A stretch of 64,000 nt of DNA, from the NCBI GenBank assembly GCA_963555995.3, contig OY821641.1, positions 2,560,001 to 2,624,000 on the forward strand, written 5' to 3'. Shown here one piece after another: positions 1-11,830 of this stretch (positions are counted from its first letter, which is position 1; each line of letters starts with the position of its first letter). Origin of the DNA: Vicinamibacteria bacterium. Lineage in GTDB: Bacteria; Acidobacteriota; Vicinamibacteria; Marinacidobacterales; Marinacidobacteraceae. The position numbers were made by a program, and so were the translations under genes. Under the pieces are notes generated by a model. It ran no database searches and was not told the origin of the DNA. It saw only the letters and a list, made by a program, of their open reading frames with translations.

Positions 1-1741
<1,741 letters not shown>

Positions 1742-2178
1742 CGGAGTGGACGAGACGGCCAAGCCGGACGCCTGGGCGTACTAACGTTCCCGCGGCCCGG
1801 AGGACATTCTGCGCCGGCCGGCCGAGGGATCGTCGGAGTGGGGCTGCGCCTGGTAGCCCCGTGGGACCGCCCAGCGGTTTTCGACGCCGCCGTTTGACCC
1901 CCTTGAACCGGACCAGGCATCCGGCCAGCTCTCGCGCAACACGGGGGAGCAGTCCTTGTCGAGCATGGTAGCCGTCCTGTCGAGCCGGCAACCGCCCCAC
2001 GGCGGCCAGATGCCGGGTGCGATGGATCAGCCGCGCACCCGCAGGGTCTCTGAGGGGGCGCCCGGCGTGGCGTCAGACAGGTCACGAGGAGGCATCGCAA
2101 CGGCATTCGACCCGGAAATCTCGATATGTCGCACCGGATTTTCCGGGTTAAAACGCTCCGGCGGCACCGGCCGTTCCA

Positions 2179-2262
2179 CTAGGAGCGCCAATTTTCGAGC
2201 CGGAGGCCGAGGATGCTCCCCAGATGGGTGGTGTTCTCGCTCACCAAGACTGCGTCGAACAT
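2179..2262 (-). pseudogene. C-terminal remnant of a PIN/VapC toxin
   Basis: MFDAVLVSENTTHLGSILGLRLENWRS* starts right after the antitoxin stop and resembles the VapC tail (LVTxNxxHFxxIxGLxLENW). The N-terminal PIN core is missing. Confidence 0.55.
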
Positions 2263-2484
2263 TCACGGCTCCGGAGGCCGCCTGCTCTTCCGGTTCGCCT
2301 TGATGGCTGTGCGCATCTGGGCCAGGATCCGCTGGAGTTCCGGGTCGCTGCCCGCCGCCCGGAGTTCCTCCACGAACGCCGGGCTCCACGCGGCGTCGCC
2401 AAGGAGGCTGCGTTCGAGCGCTTGGACGATGTAGCGATTCCGCGTGAGCCGCAGGTCCTTCGCTCGGCGGTCCACGGCGGCCAA
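2263..2484 (-). CDS. Ribbon-helix-helix (CopG/VapB-like) antitoxin
   Basis: In-frame upstream STAIHLSGDLL + AAVDRRAKDLRLTRNRYIVQALE fits the RHH pattern. The true start may be ~30 nt further upstream. Confidence 0.65.
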   Translation of the reverse strand: MAAVDRRAKDLRLTRNRYIVQALERSLLGDAAWSPAFVEELRAAGSDPELQRILAQMRTAIKANRKSRRPPEP

Positions 2485-2610
2485 CAGGTCGCCGGAGAGG
2501 TGGATGGCGGTGCTTATGGATGGAACACTATCTATCCGGTGGTTCGGGTGGCGGAGGATGGATGCCTTCCCCCGCTATCAGCGCTGCGCGCTCTGCGGCC
2601 CTGCCGGGCC

Positions 2611-2845
2611 GCGTGCCGGCTGAAGCCGGCGCTCCAAGCCGTACGTGCCACCTCCGCTCTTGAGTTCCACGCCGAGGTGGGGGCCGTCTTGTCCGGGTGG
2701 GGTTGTGACGTGCGCGGTGCGGAGCACCGCGCGTGCCGGTCTGAAGACCGGCGGTCCCGGTCGGCGCGCCACCGGGTCCGTCCGGCGTTGGCGGTTTCGC
2801 GGCCCGGGTGGGCCGCGATGCCGGCCGGAGGCCGGCGCTCCGAGC
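2611..2845. repeat. Cluster of three REP-like palindromes
   Basis: GTGCCGGCTGAAGCCGGCGCTCC, GTGCCGGTCTGAAGACCGGCGGTCC and GATGCCGGCCGGAGGCCGGCGCTCC; the same families recur across the window. Confidence 0.8.
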
Positions 2846-2889
2846 GCGGAACCGGGTAGGCTGCGCAGCGTAGTGGTCCGTAGGCGGCA

Positions 2890-3621
2890 ATGAACGGGAA
2901 CGGCAGCGGAGCGGACGGCGCGCTCGCCGTGTCCATGCGGGACGTGACGAAGGTGTACCAGATGGGGGAGGTGGAGGTGCACGCGCTCCGGGGGGTGAGC
3001 GTGGACCTGGAGGTGGGGGGCTTCCTGGTGCTGCTGGGGCCGTCGGGGAGCGGCAAGTCCACCCTGCTGAACATCCTGGGCGGGCTCGATGTCCCGACCT
3101 CGGGGCGGGTGCTCTACCGGGGGCAGGACCTGACGCGCGCCGACGAAGGTGAGCTGACCCGGTACCGGCGGCGGCGGGTGGGGTTCGTGTTCCAGTTCTA
3201 CAACCTCATCCCGTCGCTTACCGCCCGCGAGAACGTGGAGCTCGTGACCGAGATCTCCGAGGACCCGCTCCCCGCACAGGAGGCCCTCGACATCGTCGGG
3301 CTCAAGGGCCGGAGCAGCCACTTCCCCTCGCAGATGTCCGGCGGCGAGCAGCAGCGGGTGGCCATCGCCCGCGCCATCGCCAAGCGGCCCGACATCCTGC
3401 TCTGCGACGAACCCACCGGAGCGCTCGACATCACCACCGGCATCCAGGTGCTCGAAGCGCTGGAGCGGGTGAACCGCGAGTACGGGGCGACCACCGCGAT
3501 CATCACCCACAACGCCGCGATCGCCACCATCGCGGACCGGGTCATCTCGCTCGCCGACGGCCGCATCTCCCGCGAGCAGGTCAACGACACGCGGGCCGCC
3601 GCCTCCACGATCCAGTGGTGA
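2890..3621 (+). CDS. ABC transporter ATP-binding protein (LolD/MacB-like)
   Basis: Walker A GPSGSGKS, signature MSGGEQQRV, Walker [12 protein letters not shown]. Confidence 0.95.
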   Translation: MNGNGSGADGALAVSMRDVTKVYQMGEVEVHALRGVSVDLEVGGFLVLLGPSGSGKSTLLNILGGLDVPTSGRVLYRGQDLTRADEGELTRYRRRRVGFVFQFYNLIPSLTARENVELVTEISEDPLPAQEALDIVGLKGRSSHFPSQMSGGEQQRVAIARAIAKRPDILLCDEPTGALDITTGIQVLEALERVNREYGATTAIITHNAAIATIADRVISLADGRISREQVNDTRAAASTIQW

Positions 3622-3628
3622 GGACGCC

Positions 3629-5995
3629 GTGATCCGCGCGCTCGACCGCAAGCTGCTCCGCGACCTCTGGCGGGTCCGCTCCATGGGGCTCGCCATCGCG
3701 GTGGTGGTCGCGTCGGGGATCGCGCTGCTGGTCGCGTCGCTCATCTGCTTCGACTCGCTGGAGACGACGCGCGACCGTTACTACGCCCGGAACGAGTTCG
3801 GGGACGTCTTCGCGAACGCCAAGCGCGTCCCCCGCTGGGTCGCCGGGAGCCTCGACGAGCTGCCCGGGGTGGTCCGGGCGGACACCCGGGTGGTCGCCGG
3901 CGTGACGCTCGACGTGCCGGGCAGCAGCGAGCCGGTCAACGGCCGCCTCATCTCGCTCCCGGACAGCGGCCGTCCGGTCCTGAACGGCGTGACCCTGCGC
4001 AGCGGGCGCTGGCCCGACCCCGGACGCGCGGAGGAGGCGATCGTCAACGAACGCTTCGCCCAGGGGCACGGGCTCGAACTCGGCGACCAGGTCTTCGCCG
4101 TGATCAACGGCCGGCGCCAGCGGCTCGAGATCGTCGGGACGGCGCTCTCCCCCGAGTACGTCTATGCCATCGCCGGCGGCGACCTCCTGCCGGACCCGAC
4201 GCGGTTCGGGGTGTTCTGGATGGCGCGCCGGCACCTCGCCACCGCCTTCGACATGGAGGGCGGGTTCAACGACATCGCGCTGTCGCTCGCCGAGGGCGCC
4301 GCGCCGGAGCCCGCGATCGCCGAACTGGACCGCCTGCTGGAGCCCTACGGCGGCCTCGGGGCCATTCCCCGCGCCCAGCAGATCTCCCACTGGTACCTCC
4401 AGAACGAGTTGACCGGGCTGCGCGGCATGGCGCTCCTCATGCCCATGATCTTCCTCGGGATCGCGGCGTTCCTCCTGAACGTCGTCCTCCGGCGGATGGT
4501 CGCGGTCCAGCGGGAACAGATCGCGGTGCTCAAGGCCATCGGCTACTCCAACCTGCGCCTCGGGCTGCACTTCACGCAGTGGGCGGTGGTGGTGTCCGTC
4601 CTGGGCGGCGTGCTCGGGATCGCGCTGGGCGCCCTGATGAGCGCCGGGATGCTCAACCTCTACATGGAGTACTTCCGCTTCCCGGACCTGATCCTCCGCT
4701 GGAGCTGGGGGCACATCCTCGGCGCCCTGGTGGCCTGCGGGGCGGCGTCGGTGCTGGGCGCCGCCGCGGCGGTGAAGAGCGTGGTGCGCCTGCCGCCCGC
4801 GGAGGCGATGCGGCCGGCGGCGCCGGACACCTTCCGGGTCTCGCTGCTGGAACGGCTGGGCCTGCGGCGGTGGCTAACGCAGCCGCTCCGCATGGTGCTC
4901 CGCAACCTCGCGCGCCGGCCGGCCCGCGCCGCCATGTCCGTGATCGGCATCGCCTTCTCCGCCTCGATCATGGTGCTCGCGAGCGCCGCCATGGACTCGT
5001 TCGAAGAGCTGATGCAACTCCAGTTCAACGTGGTCCAGCGCCAGGACGTGACCGTGACCTTCTTCGAACCGGAGGGGCGCGCCGCGTTCTACGAGCTGGC
5101 GTCGGTGCCGGGCGTCGTCGAGGTCGAACCCCTGAACGGCGCCTCCGCGCGCCTGCGGAACGGGAACCGGAACCGCCAGGTCGGGATCCAGGCGCTCCAG
5201 CCCGACGCCCGGCTGCAGCGGGTGGTGGGCGCCGACTACCAGCCGGTGCGGTTCGACCGCACGGGCCTGATCCTGTCCCGGAAGCTGGCCGACGTGCTCG
5301 GCGTGGCGCCGGGGGACACGCTGCGGGTGGAGGCGCTCCAGGGGACGCGGCCGGAGCGGGACATGGTGGTGAGCGCCACCGTGGACGACCTGATGGGCGT
5401 TTCGGCGTACATGGAGCCCGAGGCGCTCCGCCGCTTCCTGAGCGACTCGGCGACCATGAGCGGAGCGGCGCTCGGGCTCGATCCGGCGGCGCGCGACTCG
5501 GTGTACGCCGCGCTGAAGGGGATGCCGGTGGTGGCGGGCGTCGCGCTCCAGCACGCGATGCTCGAGAACTTCGAGACCTTCGTCGCCGAGAACATGAACA
5601 ACACGATGGCGGTCAACCTGCTCTTCGCGATGGTGATCGCGTTCGGCGTCATCTACAACACGGCGCGCATCTCCCTCTCCGAGCGGAGCCGCGAACTCGC
5701 GAGCATGCGGGTCATGGGCTTCACCCGCGCGGAGATCGGCATCGTGCTCTTCGGCGAACTCGCCATCCTCACGGCGGCGGCGATCCCGGTGGGGCTCGGG
5801 CTCGGCTACTCCATGCTCGCCGGCATGCTGGCCGCCTACGAGACCGAGCTGTTCCGGATGCCGCTGGTCACCGAACCGGGCACCTTCGCGTGGGCCTCGG
5901 CGGCGGTGGTCGTCGCGATGGGGCTCTCGGCGCTGGTGGTTCGCCATAAATTGAACCGGCTCGATCTCGTGGAAGTCCTCAAGACGCGGGAGTAA
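3629..5995 (+). CDS. ABC transporter permease (double FtsX/MacB-like)
   Basis: 788 aa with two periplasmic + multi-TM halves; REQIAVLKAIG and SRELASMRVMGF motifs. Confidence 0.92.
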   Translation: MIRALDRKLLRDLWRVRSMGLAIAVVVASGIALLVASLICFDSLETTRDRYYARNEFGDVFANAKRVPRWVAGSLDELPGVVRADTRVVAGVTLDVPGSSEPVNGRLISLPDSGRPVLNGVTLRSGRWPDPGRAEEAIVNERFAQGHGLELGDQVFAVINGRRQRLEIVGTALSPEYVYAIAGGDLLPDPTRFGVFWMARRHLATAFDMEGGFNDIALSLAEGAAPEPAIAELDRLLEPYGGLGAIPRAQQISHWYLQNELTGLRGMALLMPMIFLGIAAFLLNVVLRRMVAVQREQIAVLKAIGYSNLRLGLHFTQWAVVVSVLGGVLGIALGALMSAGMLNLYMEYFRFPDLILRWSWGHILGALVACGAASVLGAAAAVKSVVRLPPAEAMRPAAPDTFRVSLLERLGLRRWLTQPLRMVLRNLARRPARAAMSVIGIAFSASIMVLASAAMDSFEELMQLQFNVVQRQDVTVTFFEPEGRAAFYELASVPGVVEVEPLNGASARLRNGNRNRQVGIQALQPDARLQRVVGADYQPVRFDRTGLILSRKLADVLGVAPGDTLRVEALQGTRPERDMVVSATVDDLMGVSAYMEPEALRRFLSDSATMSGAALGLDPAARDSVYAALKGMPVVAGVALQHAMLENFETFVAENMNNTMAVNLLFAMVIAFGVIYNTARISLSERSRELASMRVMGFTRAEIGIVLFGELAILTAAAIPVGLGLGYSMLAGMLAAYETELFRMPLVTEPGTFAWASAAVVVAMGLSALVVRHKLNRLDLVEVLKTRE

Positions 5996-5999
5996 CGGA

Positions 6000-7229
6000 A
6001 TGAAAAAGCGACGCCGGCTCATCTTCTGGGGCATTGGCCTGACCGCGCTCATCGCGCTGATCGCCCTCGGGTCCCGCCCGCGCCCGATCCCGGTGGACAT
6101 CGCTTCGGTGGTCCAGGGGACGCTCTCGGTGACGCTCGACGAGGAGGGCGAGACGCGCGTCCGCGACCGCTTCGAGATTTCGGCGCCGGTGGCCGGCCGC
6201 GTCCTCCGCATCGAACTCGAACCCGGCGATCCGGTGCTGGCGGCGGAGAGCGTCCTCGCCACCTTCCTGCCGGCCTCCCCCGTGCCGCTCGACCCCCGCC
6301 AGCGGGCCGAAGCCGGGGCCGCGGTCGAGGCGGCCGAGGCGGCGGTGGGACGGGTCGAGGCGCTCCACGAGCAGGCGGCGCAGGAGCGCGCCTTCGCCGA
6401 GTCCACCCTGAACCGGCTGCGCCGCCTCCGGGAAGAGGGCGTCTCCTCCGCGGAGGCGCTGGAGTTGGCCCAGCTCGAACTCGATACCCGCCAGGAAGCG
6501 CTCGAGGCCGCCGAGTTCGCGGTCCGGGACGCCCGCGGCAACCTGGCGCTCGCCCGCGCCCGGCTGCAGCGGTTCCGCTTCCGCACCGGCGACGCGGCGA
6601 CCGGGAATCCGGAGGCGATCCAGATCTTCTCGCCGGTGGACGGGGTGGTGCTGCGGCGGCTCCGCGAGAGCGAGGCGGTGGTGCCCGCCGGCGAGCCGCT
6701 GCTGGAGGTCGGGGACCCCCGCGAACTCGAGGTCGTGACCGACTACCTCTCGAACGACGCGGTGCGGATGCGCGCCGGACAGGCGGCGCTCATTGACCGC
6801 TGGGGCGGCGACCGCCCGCTCGCCGGCCGGGTGCTGCGGGTCGAGCCCTCGGGCTTCACCAAGATTTCGGCGCTCGGCGTCGAGGAGCAGCGCGTCAACG
6901 TGGTCATGGAGCTCGAAGAGCCCTACGAAACGCGTTCCAGCCTCGGCGACGCCTACCGCGTCGAGACCCGGGTGGTGGTCTGGGAGGCGGAGGACCAGGT
7001 GAAGGTGCCCGTCGGGGCGCTCTTCCGCCGGGGCGAGAGCTGGGCGGTCTTCGTCGTCGAGAACGACACCGCCAGCGAACGGGCCGTCGAGATCGGCGAG
7101 CGCAACCGGCAGGAGGCGCAGGTCCTCGGTGGCCTCGCGGTCGGCGACCGGGTGGTCGTGTATCCCGGGGACAGCGTGGCCGACGGAGTCCGGGTGGCGC
7201 CGGCGGCGGCGAGCGCGGCGTCCGGATGA
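6000..7229 (+). CDS. Efflux periplasmic adaptor subunit (HlyD family)
   Basis: N-terminal TM, lipoyl half-motifs ISAPVAGRV and SPVDGVV around a coiled coil, ISALGVEEQRV. Confidence 0.92.
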   Translation: MKKRRRLIFWGIGLTALIALIALGSRPRPIPVDIASVVQGTLSVTLDEEGETRVRDRFEISAPVAGRVLRIELEPGDPVLAAESVLATFLPASPVPLDPRQRAEAGAAVEAAEAAVGRVEALHEQAAQERAFAESTLNRLRRLREEGVSSAEALELAQLELDTRQEALEAAEFAVRDARGNLALARARLQRFRFRTGDAATGNPEAIQIFSPVDGVVLRRLRESEAVVPAGEPLLEVGDPRELEVVTDYLSNDAVRMRAGQAALIDRWGGDRPLAGRVLRVEPSGFTKISALGVEEQRVNVVMELEEPYETRSSLGDAYRVETRVVVWEAEDQVKVPVGALFRRGESWAVFVVENDTASERAVEIGERNRQEAQVLGGLAVGDRVVVYPGDSVADGVRVAPAAASAASG

Positions 7230-8482
7230 CGGACGACTCGGGGGCGGCCGAGCTTCGGGAGACGTTCCGGCGGGTGCGGCGGCAGACCGCCGAACTCGCG
7301 GCGCCGCTCGCCATCGAGGACTACGTGGTCCAGTCCCTGCCGGAGGCGCGTCCGGCGAAGTGGCACGTGGGCCACACCTCGTGGTACTTCGAGACGTTTG
7401 TCCTGGGCCGCGAGGGCGCCGGCCAGGCTCCGATCCGACCGGACTACCGGGAGATCTTCGGCGTCTCCGACGCCGGCGTCGAGATCCGCCACGACCGGGG
7501 CGTGCTGTCGCGGCCCACGGTGGCGGAGGTGTACGAATACCGGCGCCAGGTGGACGACGCGATGTCGGAGCTGCTCGCCGACGAGCTTCCGGAGGAGGTC
7601 CGCGAACGGGTGGTGCTCGGGCTGCACCACGAGCAGCAGCACCAGGAGCGGATGCTCGCCGACCTGAAACACCTGTTCTCGCGGAACCCGCTCCACCCCG
7701 CTTACCGGGAGGCGTCCAGCGAGCCGCGAGGCGGCGCCGTCCCGCCGCTCCGGTTCGTCTCGTTCGCCGGGGGGAGGCAGACCGTCGGGTATGCGGGAAC
7801 GGGGTTCGCGTATGACAACGAGAGGCCCCGGCACGAGCGGCTGGTCGCTCCGTTCCAGCTCGGCTCGCGCCTGATCACGAACGACGAGTACCGGGAGTTC
7901 ATCGAGGAGGGCGGCTACCGCGAGCGTTCGCTGTGGCTCGCGGACGGGTGGGAAGCCCGCGTGGCGGGCGGCTGGGAGGCGCCGCTCCACTGGGTCCGGC
8001 AGGGCGACGGCTTCAACGAGTTCTCGCTCGCCGGGCTGGCGCCGCTGGCGCCCGCGGCCCCGGTCGTCCACGTGAGCTGCTTCGAGGCCGACGCCTTCGC
8101 GCGCTGGCGGGAGGCGCGGCTGCCCACCGAGTTCGAATGGGAGTCGGCGGCGGCGGACCAGCCGGTCACCGGGACGTTCCTCGAAGACGGCCACCTGCAC
8201 CCCCAACCCGCGCCGGCCGCGGCGCACCGCGGGGCGTCCGGCCCCGTGCAGCTCTTCGGCGACGTCTGGGAGTGGACGGCCAGCCCCTACCTCCCCTACC
8301 CCGGCTTCCGCCCGTCCGGAGTCTTCGGCCAGTCGAGCGGCCGTTCCATGTCCGGCCGCATGGTGCTCCGCGGCGGCTCCTGCCTCACCCCCGCCTCCCA
8401 CATCCGCGCCACCTACCGCCACGTCCTCCGCCCCGACGCGCGCTGGCAGGCCACGGGCATCCGCATCGCCCGCGACGGATAA
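7226..8482 (+). CDS. egtB: Ergothioneine sulfoxide synthase EgtB-like protein (divergent active site)
   Basis: DinB_2 part with KWHVGHTSWYFETF and iron motif HEQQHQE; FGE-sulfatase part with RLPTEFEWE, GDVWEWT and VLRGGS; adjacent to egtD. Confidence 0.85.
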   Translation: MTDDSGAAELRETFRRVRRQTAELAAPLAIEDYVVQSLPEARPAKWHVGHTSWYFETFVLGREGAGQAPIRPDYREIFGVSDAGVEIRHDRGVLSRPTVAEVYEYRRQVDDAMSELLADELPEEVRERVVLGLHHEQQHQERMLADLKHLFSRNPLHPAYREASSEPRGGAVPPLRFVSFAGGRQTVGYAGTGFAYDNERPRHERLVAPFQLGSRLITNDEYREFIEEGGYRERSLWLADGWEARVAGGWEAPLHWVRQGDGFNEFSLAGLAPLAPAAPVVHVSCFEADAFARWREARLPTEFEWESAAADQPVTGTFLEDGHLHPQPAPAAAHRGASGPVQLFGDVWEWTASPYLPYPGFRPSGVFGQSSGRSMSGRMVLRGGSCLTPASHIRATYRHVLRPDARWQATGIRIARDG

Positions 8483-8490
8483 CCGTGTGC

Positions 8491-8708
8491 CGGCTTGGAA
8501 CGCCGGTCTCCAGACCGGCACCGTCCCGCACAGCGGGACGAAACCGCGTACCCCCACCCACCCTCACGGCACCGCCGGCTTGGAACGCCGGTCTCCAGAC
8601 CGGCATCGTCCCGCAGAGCGGGGCGAAACCGCGTACTGCGGCGCACTCTGACGGCACCGCGGGCTCGGAGCGCCGGCCTCCGGCCGGCATCGCGCGGGAG
8701 CGCGGAAC
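8491..8708. repeat. REP cluster with ~86-bp direct duplication between egtB and egtD
   Basis: CGGCTTGGAACGCCGGTCTCCAGACCGGCA(C/T)CGTCCCGCA(C/G)AGCGGG(A/G)CGAAACCGCGTAC at ~8491 and ~8577, plus GGAGCGCCGGCCTCCGGCCGGCATC at ~8667. Confidence 0.85.
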
Positions 8709-8762
8709 CAGTTCTGATGGCCCAACGTCACGCCAACGAGAGGTCGCCCGGCCACGCTGTCC

Positions 8763-9701
8763 ATGCCTGACTTCGCGGTAACCCGCGCCGCCGCCCGCGC
8801 CGAGATCCGCTCCGATCTCCTCCGCACCCCGCCCTCCATCTCCCCCAAGTTCTTCTACGACCGCGTCGGCTCCGACCTCTTCGACCAGATCACCCGCACC
8901 CCCGAGTACTACCTGACCGCGACCGAGATCGCGATCCTCGAGACCAACCTCGACGAGATCGCGGCCGGCAGCGGCCCGCGCGCCGTCCTCGCCGAAATCG
9001 CCGCCGGCAGCGCCCGCAAGGCGCGCATCGTCCTCGGCGGGCTCGTAGCTCCCGCCGCCTACGCGCCGGTGGACATCGCCGAGGACACGCTCGCCGGCCA
9101 GGCGGCGGCGGTGCGCCGCGACTTCCCGGACCTGAACGTGATCCCGGTCGCCGCGGACTTCTCGCGCGACTTCGCCCTCCCGGCGTTCCACTTCGACCAC
9201 GGCCGGATCGCGCTCTTCTACGCGGGCTCCTCGCTCGGGAACTTCGAGCCTGCGGAAGCGTCGGCTTTCCTCGGGCGGCTCGCGCGCGCCGCCGGCCCTG
9301 GCTCCCGCCTCCTGCTAGGGGTGGACCGGAAGAAGGACCCGGCGGTCCTCAACCGCGCCTACAACGACCCCGGCGGCCTCAACGCCGCCTTCAACCGCAA
9401 CATCCTGAACAACGCGAACCGGCTGGCGGACGGCGACTTCGACCCGGAGAAATGGATCCCGCACCAGTTCTACGCCGAAGAACGTGGCCGCATCGAGCTG
9501 TGGCTCGAAAGCGCCGCGGACCAGACGGTCCGGGTCGCCGGGGAGACCCTGCATTTCGCCGCCGGCGACCGCATCCACACCGAGAACTCCTACAAGTACG
9601 ACGTCGAGGAAGTCCTCGCCCTCGCGGCCCCGGGATGGCGCCCCCTCCACCACTGGAGCGACCGCGCCGAGCGCTTCAGCGTCTTCCTTCTCGCCGCCTG
9701 A
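8763..9701 (+). CDS. egtD: L-histidine N(alpha)-methyltransferase EgtD
   Basis: PKFFYDRVGSDLFDQITRTPEYYLT, GSSLGNF, AYND..G..AAFNRN and IHTENSYKY motifs. Confidence 0.93.
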   Translation: MPDFAVTRAAARAEIRSDLLRTPPSISPKFFYDRVGSDLFDQITRTPEYYLTATEIAILETNLDEIAAGSGPRAVLAEIAAGSARKARIVLGGLVAPAAYAPVDIAEDTLAGQAAAVRRDFPDLNVIPVAADFSRDFALPAFHFDHGRIALFYAGSSLGNFEPAEASAFLGRLARAAGPGSRLLLGVDRKKDPAVLNRAYNDPGGLNAAFNRNILNNANRLADGDFDPEKWIPHQFYAEERGRIELWLESAADQTVRVAGETLHFAAGDRIHTENSYKYDVEEVLALAAPGWRPLHHWSDRAERFSVFLLAA

Positions 9702-9708
9702 GTTCGAT

Positions 9709-10347
9709 TCAGGACGAAGGGGCGAGGCGTGCGATCGTCGCGTCGAGCACCGCCGTCCATCCCTCCCGCGTCACCTCGCGATACGCCACCTCGCCGACGA
9801 AGCCGCTGCTCATCACGTGGTCCGGACTGACCTCGCGCAGTTTCGTCAGGCTCTGGGCCAGATCGGCAGCGCTGCCGCCGGAACCCGGCAGCACCAGCGT
9901 GGACCATTCCCCGTCCCACTGGAAGATCGTGTCGCCGCTGAAGAGATAGGACTTGCCGTACGGCGACTGGTAGAAGAAACAGATACTGCCGTCCGTGTGT
10001 CCCGGCGTGTGGATGATGGCGACGTTCTCGATCCGGTCAGCGCCCGCTTCGAACAGGAGATCCGGTTCGCCGTGGACGCCGACGAATGGGGCCTCGATCG
10101 CACTACAACCGAGCTTGCAACCGAACCGGGCTCGGATCCGCGTCTGGGACGGGCCGGCCTCGTCCCGGTGGGTGAGGAGCTGATAGGCAATCCCACCCAA
10201 TGCCGCCATCTCCTTCAGATCGTCTTCGTTTCCCGTGTTGTAGAACAGGATGTTCCCCGTCGGGCGCACGAGAAAGTAGGCGTGGGTATTCAGGATTCCC
10301 GCACGATGGATCGTGCTCTGCCACAGGTCGGGCTGGAGCTGTTTCAT
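9709..10347 (-). CDS. MBL-fold metallo-hydrolase
   Basis: [16 protein letters not shown] and LFSGD; likely start MKQLQPDLW at 10347. Confidence 0.8.
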   Translation of the reverse strand: MKQLQPDLWQSTIHRAGILNTHAYFLVRPTGNILFYNTGNEDDLKEMAALGGIAYQLLTHRDEAGPSQTRIRARFGCKLGCSAIEAPFVGVHGEPDLLFEAGADRIENVAIIHTPGHTDGSICFFYQSPYGKSYLFSGDTIFQWDGEWSTLVLPGSGGSAADLAQSLTKLREVSPDHVMSSGFVGEVAYREVTREGWTAVLDATIARLAPSS

Positions 10348-10459
10348 GGGGGAATGATGGCTCCCCAATGATCGCCGGTATGCTCGTGGTCTCGGCATCC
10401 CGGACGTCGGGCAATCGCCGCCCGGAGACCCACACCCTCGTAGTCGAGGTTCCGAATCC

Positions 10460-10927
10460 ATGCTGGCGACAGGCTTCCTCGGGACGCGGGCGGACGCCTT
10501 CGTGGACGCGGCGGTGGTGTTCTTCGTGGCCGCTCCGTTCCTGATGGCCCTTGCGCTGCGGCTCGCGGCGCAACACCGCTACCGCGCCCACCGCGGGCTT
10601 CAGGTGGGGGTGCTGCTCGGGGCGATCGTGGCAGTGCTCCTGCTGGAGGGCAGCATCCGATTCGGCGGCGCCATGGATGCCTTCGCGTTGAGCGCGTACC
10701 ACGGCACCGCGACGCTGGCTGGCCTCTTCGGCGTTCACCTCGCGGTCGCGATCCCCACGTTTGTCGCCTGGTGTGTCCTGGCGGTCCTGTCGTGGCGCCG
10801 TTTCCCCGGCGTCTTGCCGGGTTCCTTCGGGCCGCGACACCAGTTCTGGGGCCGGCTCACCTTCGCCGGCCTGTGGTTCACCTGCGCAACCGGCGTGGGC
10901 CTCTACGTAATGAGCTTCGCCCTCTGA
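10460..10927 (+). CDS. DUF420-like membrane protein
   Basis: Four hydrophobic helices with the family's His residues (AHRGLQ, VHLAVA, RHQFWGR) and C-terminal TGVGLY. Confidence 0.75.
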   Translation: MLATGFLGTRADAFVDAAVVFFVAAPFLMALALRLAAQHRYRAHRGLQVGVLLGAIVAVLLLEGSIRFGGAMDAFALSAYHGTATLAGLFGVHLAVAIPTFVAWCVLAVLSWRRFPGVLPGSFGPRHQFWGRLTFAGLWFTCATGVGLYVMSFAL

Positions 10928-11140
10928 GACCTCGGTCAGTCCTCGACCGCATCGTCGCAACCCCTCATCCGCTTTCCGGATCCTTCACCCGTGGCCGGCC
11001 CGCCGTGGCCACCGGCGCCAGGACACTCTCCATCTCCCGCACCCTCGCCCCCCGGGGAACGCCGGCGCCCAAGCGTAGAATGAGCCGATGCTCACCCGTG
11101 ATCCGGGGTTGAAGCGCCGCATGTGGGAGAACCCAGCGGC

Positions 11141-11446
11141 ATGAGTCCCAGACTGCACATCTCCCGGGATGACATCGCGGCGTTCTGCAGAAAACACCGG
11201 ATCCGGAAGTTCTCGCTGTTCGGGTCCGTGCTCCGCGACGACTTCGGGCCGGACAGCGATGTGGATGTGGTGGCGGAGTTCACGCCGGACGCACGGTTCG
11301 GGCTGTTCGAGCTCGTGGACATGCAGGACGAGTTGAGCGCCATCGTGGGAAGAAAGGCGGACATCCACGAGTTCCGGTCGTTGCGGCCGTGGATGCAGGA
11401 GGAAGTCGCCGCGTCCATGGAACTGTTCTATGAAGCGCCGGAGTGA
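11141..11446 (+). CDS. Minimal nucleotidyltransferase (MNT/MntA-type antitoxin), orphan
   Basis: LFGSVLRDDFGPDSDVDVV = GSx10DxD. No HEPN/DUF86 partner gene follows. Confidence 0.88.
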   Translation: MSPRLHISRDDIAAFCRKHRIRKFSLFGSVLRDDFGPDSDVDVVAEFTPDARFGLFELVDMQDELSAIVGRKADIHEFRSLRPWMQEEVAASMELFYEAPE

Positions 11447-11567
11447 CGCCGGGCCCGTTCGGGGCCTTTGATTCCGAACGGCGTTTTTCTGGAATTGACG
11501 GCAAAGGTTGCACTATCTTGAGACGGGGTTGCGGTGCGCGCCGAGGTGAGCACCGTCCCGCGGGTCA

Positions 11568-11802
11568 GCGTTGCGCCGTGCGCGGTGCGGAGCACCGCGC
11601 GTGCCGGTCTGGAGACCGGCGTTCCAAGCCGGTGGCGCCGCGGTGGGCGGGGGTGGCGTTGCGCCGTGCGCGGTGCGGAGCACCGCGCGTGCCGGTCTGG
11701 AGACCGGCGTTCCAAGTCGGTGGCGCCGCGGTGGGCGGGGGTGGCGTTGCGCCGTGCGCGGTGCGGAGCGCGGCGGGTGCCGGGCTGGAGACCGGCGCTC
11801 CC
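11568..11802. repeat. 88-bp tandem repeat (~2.7 copies), each unit carrying a REP palindrome
   Basis: Unit GCGTTGCGCCGTGCGCGGTGCGGAGCACCGCGCGTGCCGGTCTGGAGACCGGCGTTCCAAG...GGGGGTG starts at 11568, 11656 and 11744. Confidence 0.9.
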
Positions 11803-11830
11803 ACCCCCCCACTCCCCGATAATCCGCGGC

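Noticed and set aside
1890-2100. Possible degraded HEPN/DUF86 gene (MPPRD..., RLIHR)
   Set aside because: Fragments are in different frames and too short to support by eye.
8520-8720. Hammerhead ribozyme suggested by repeated CGAAAC after stems
   Set aside because: No correctly placed CUGANGA core; better explained as REP-associated hairpins.
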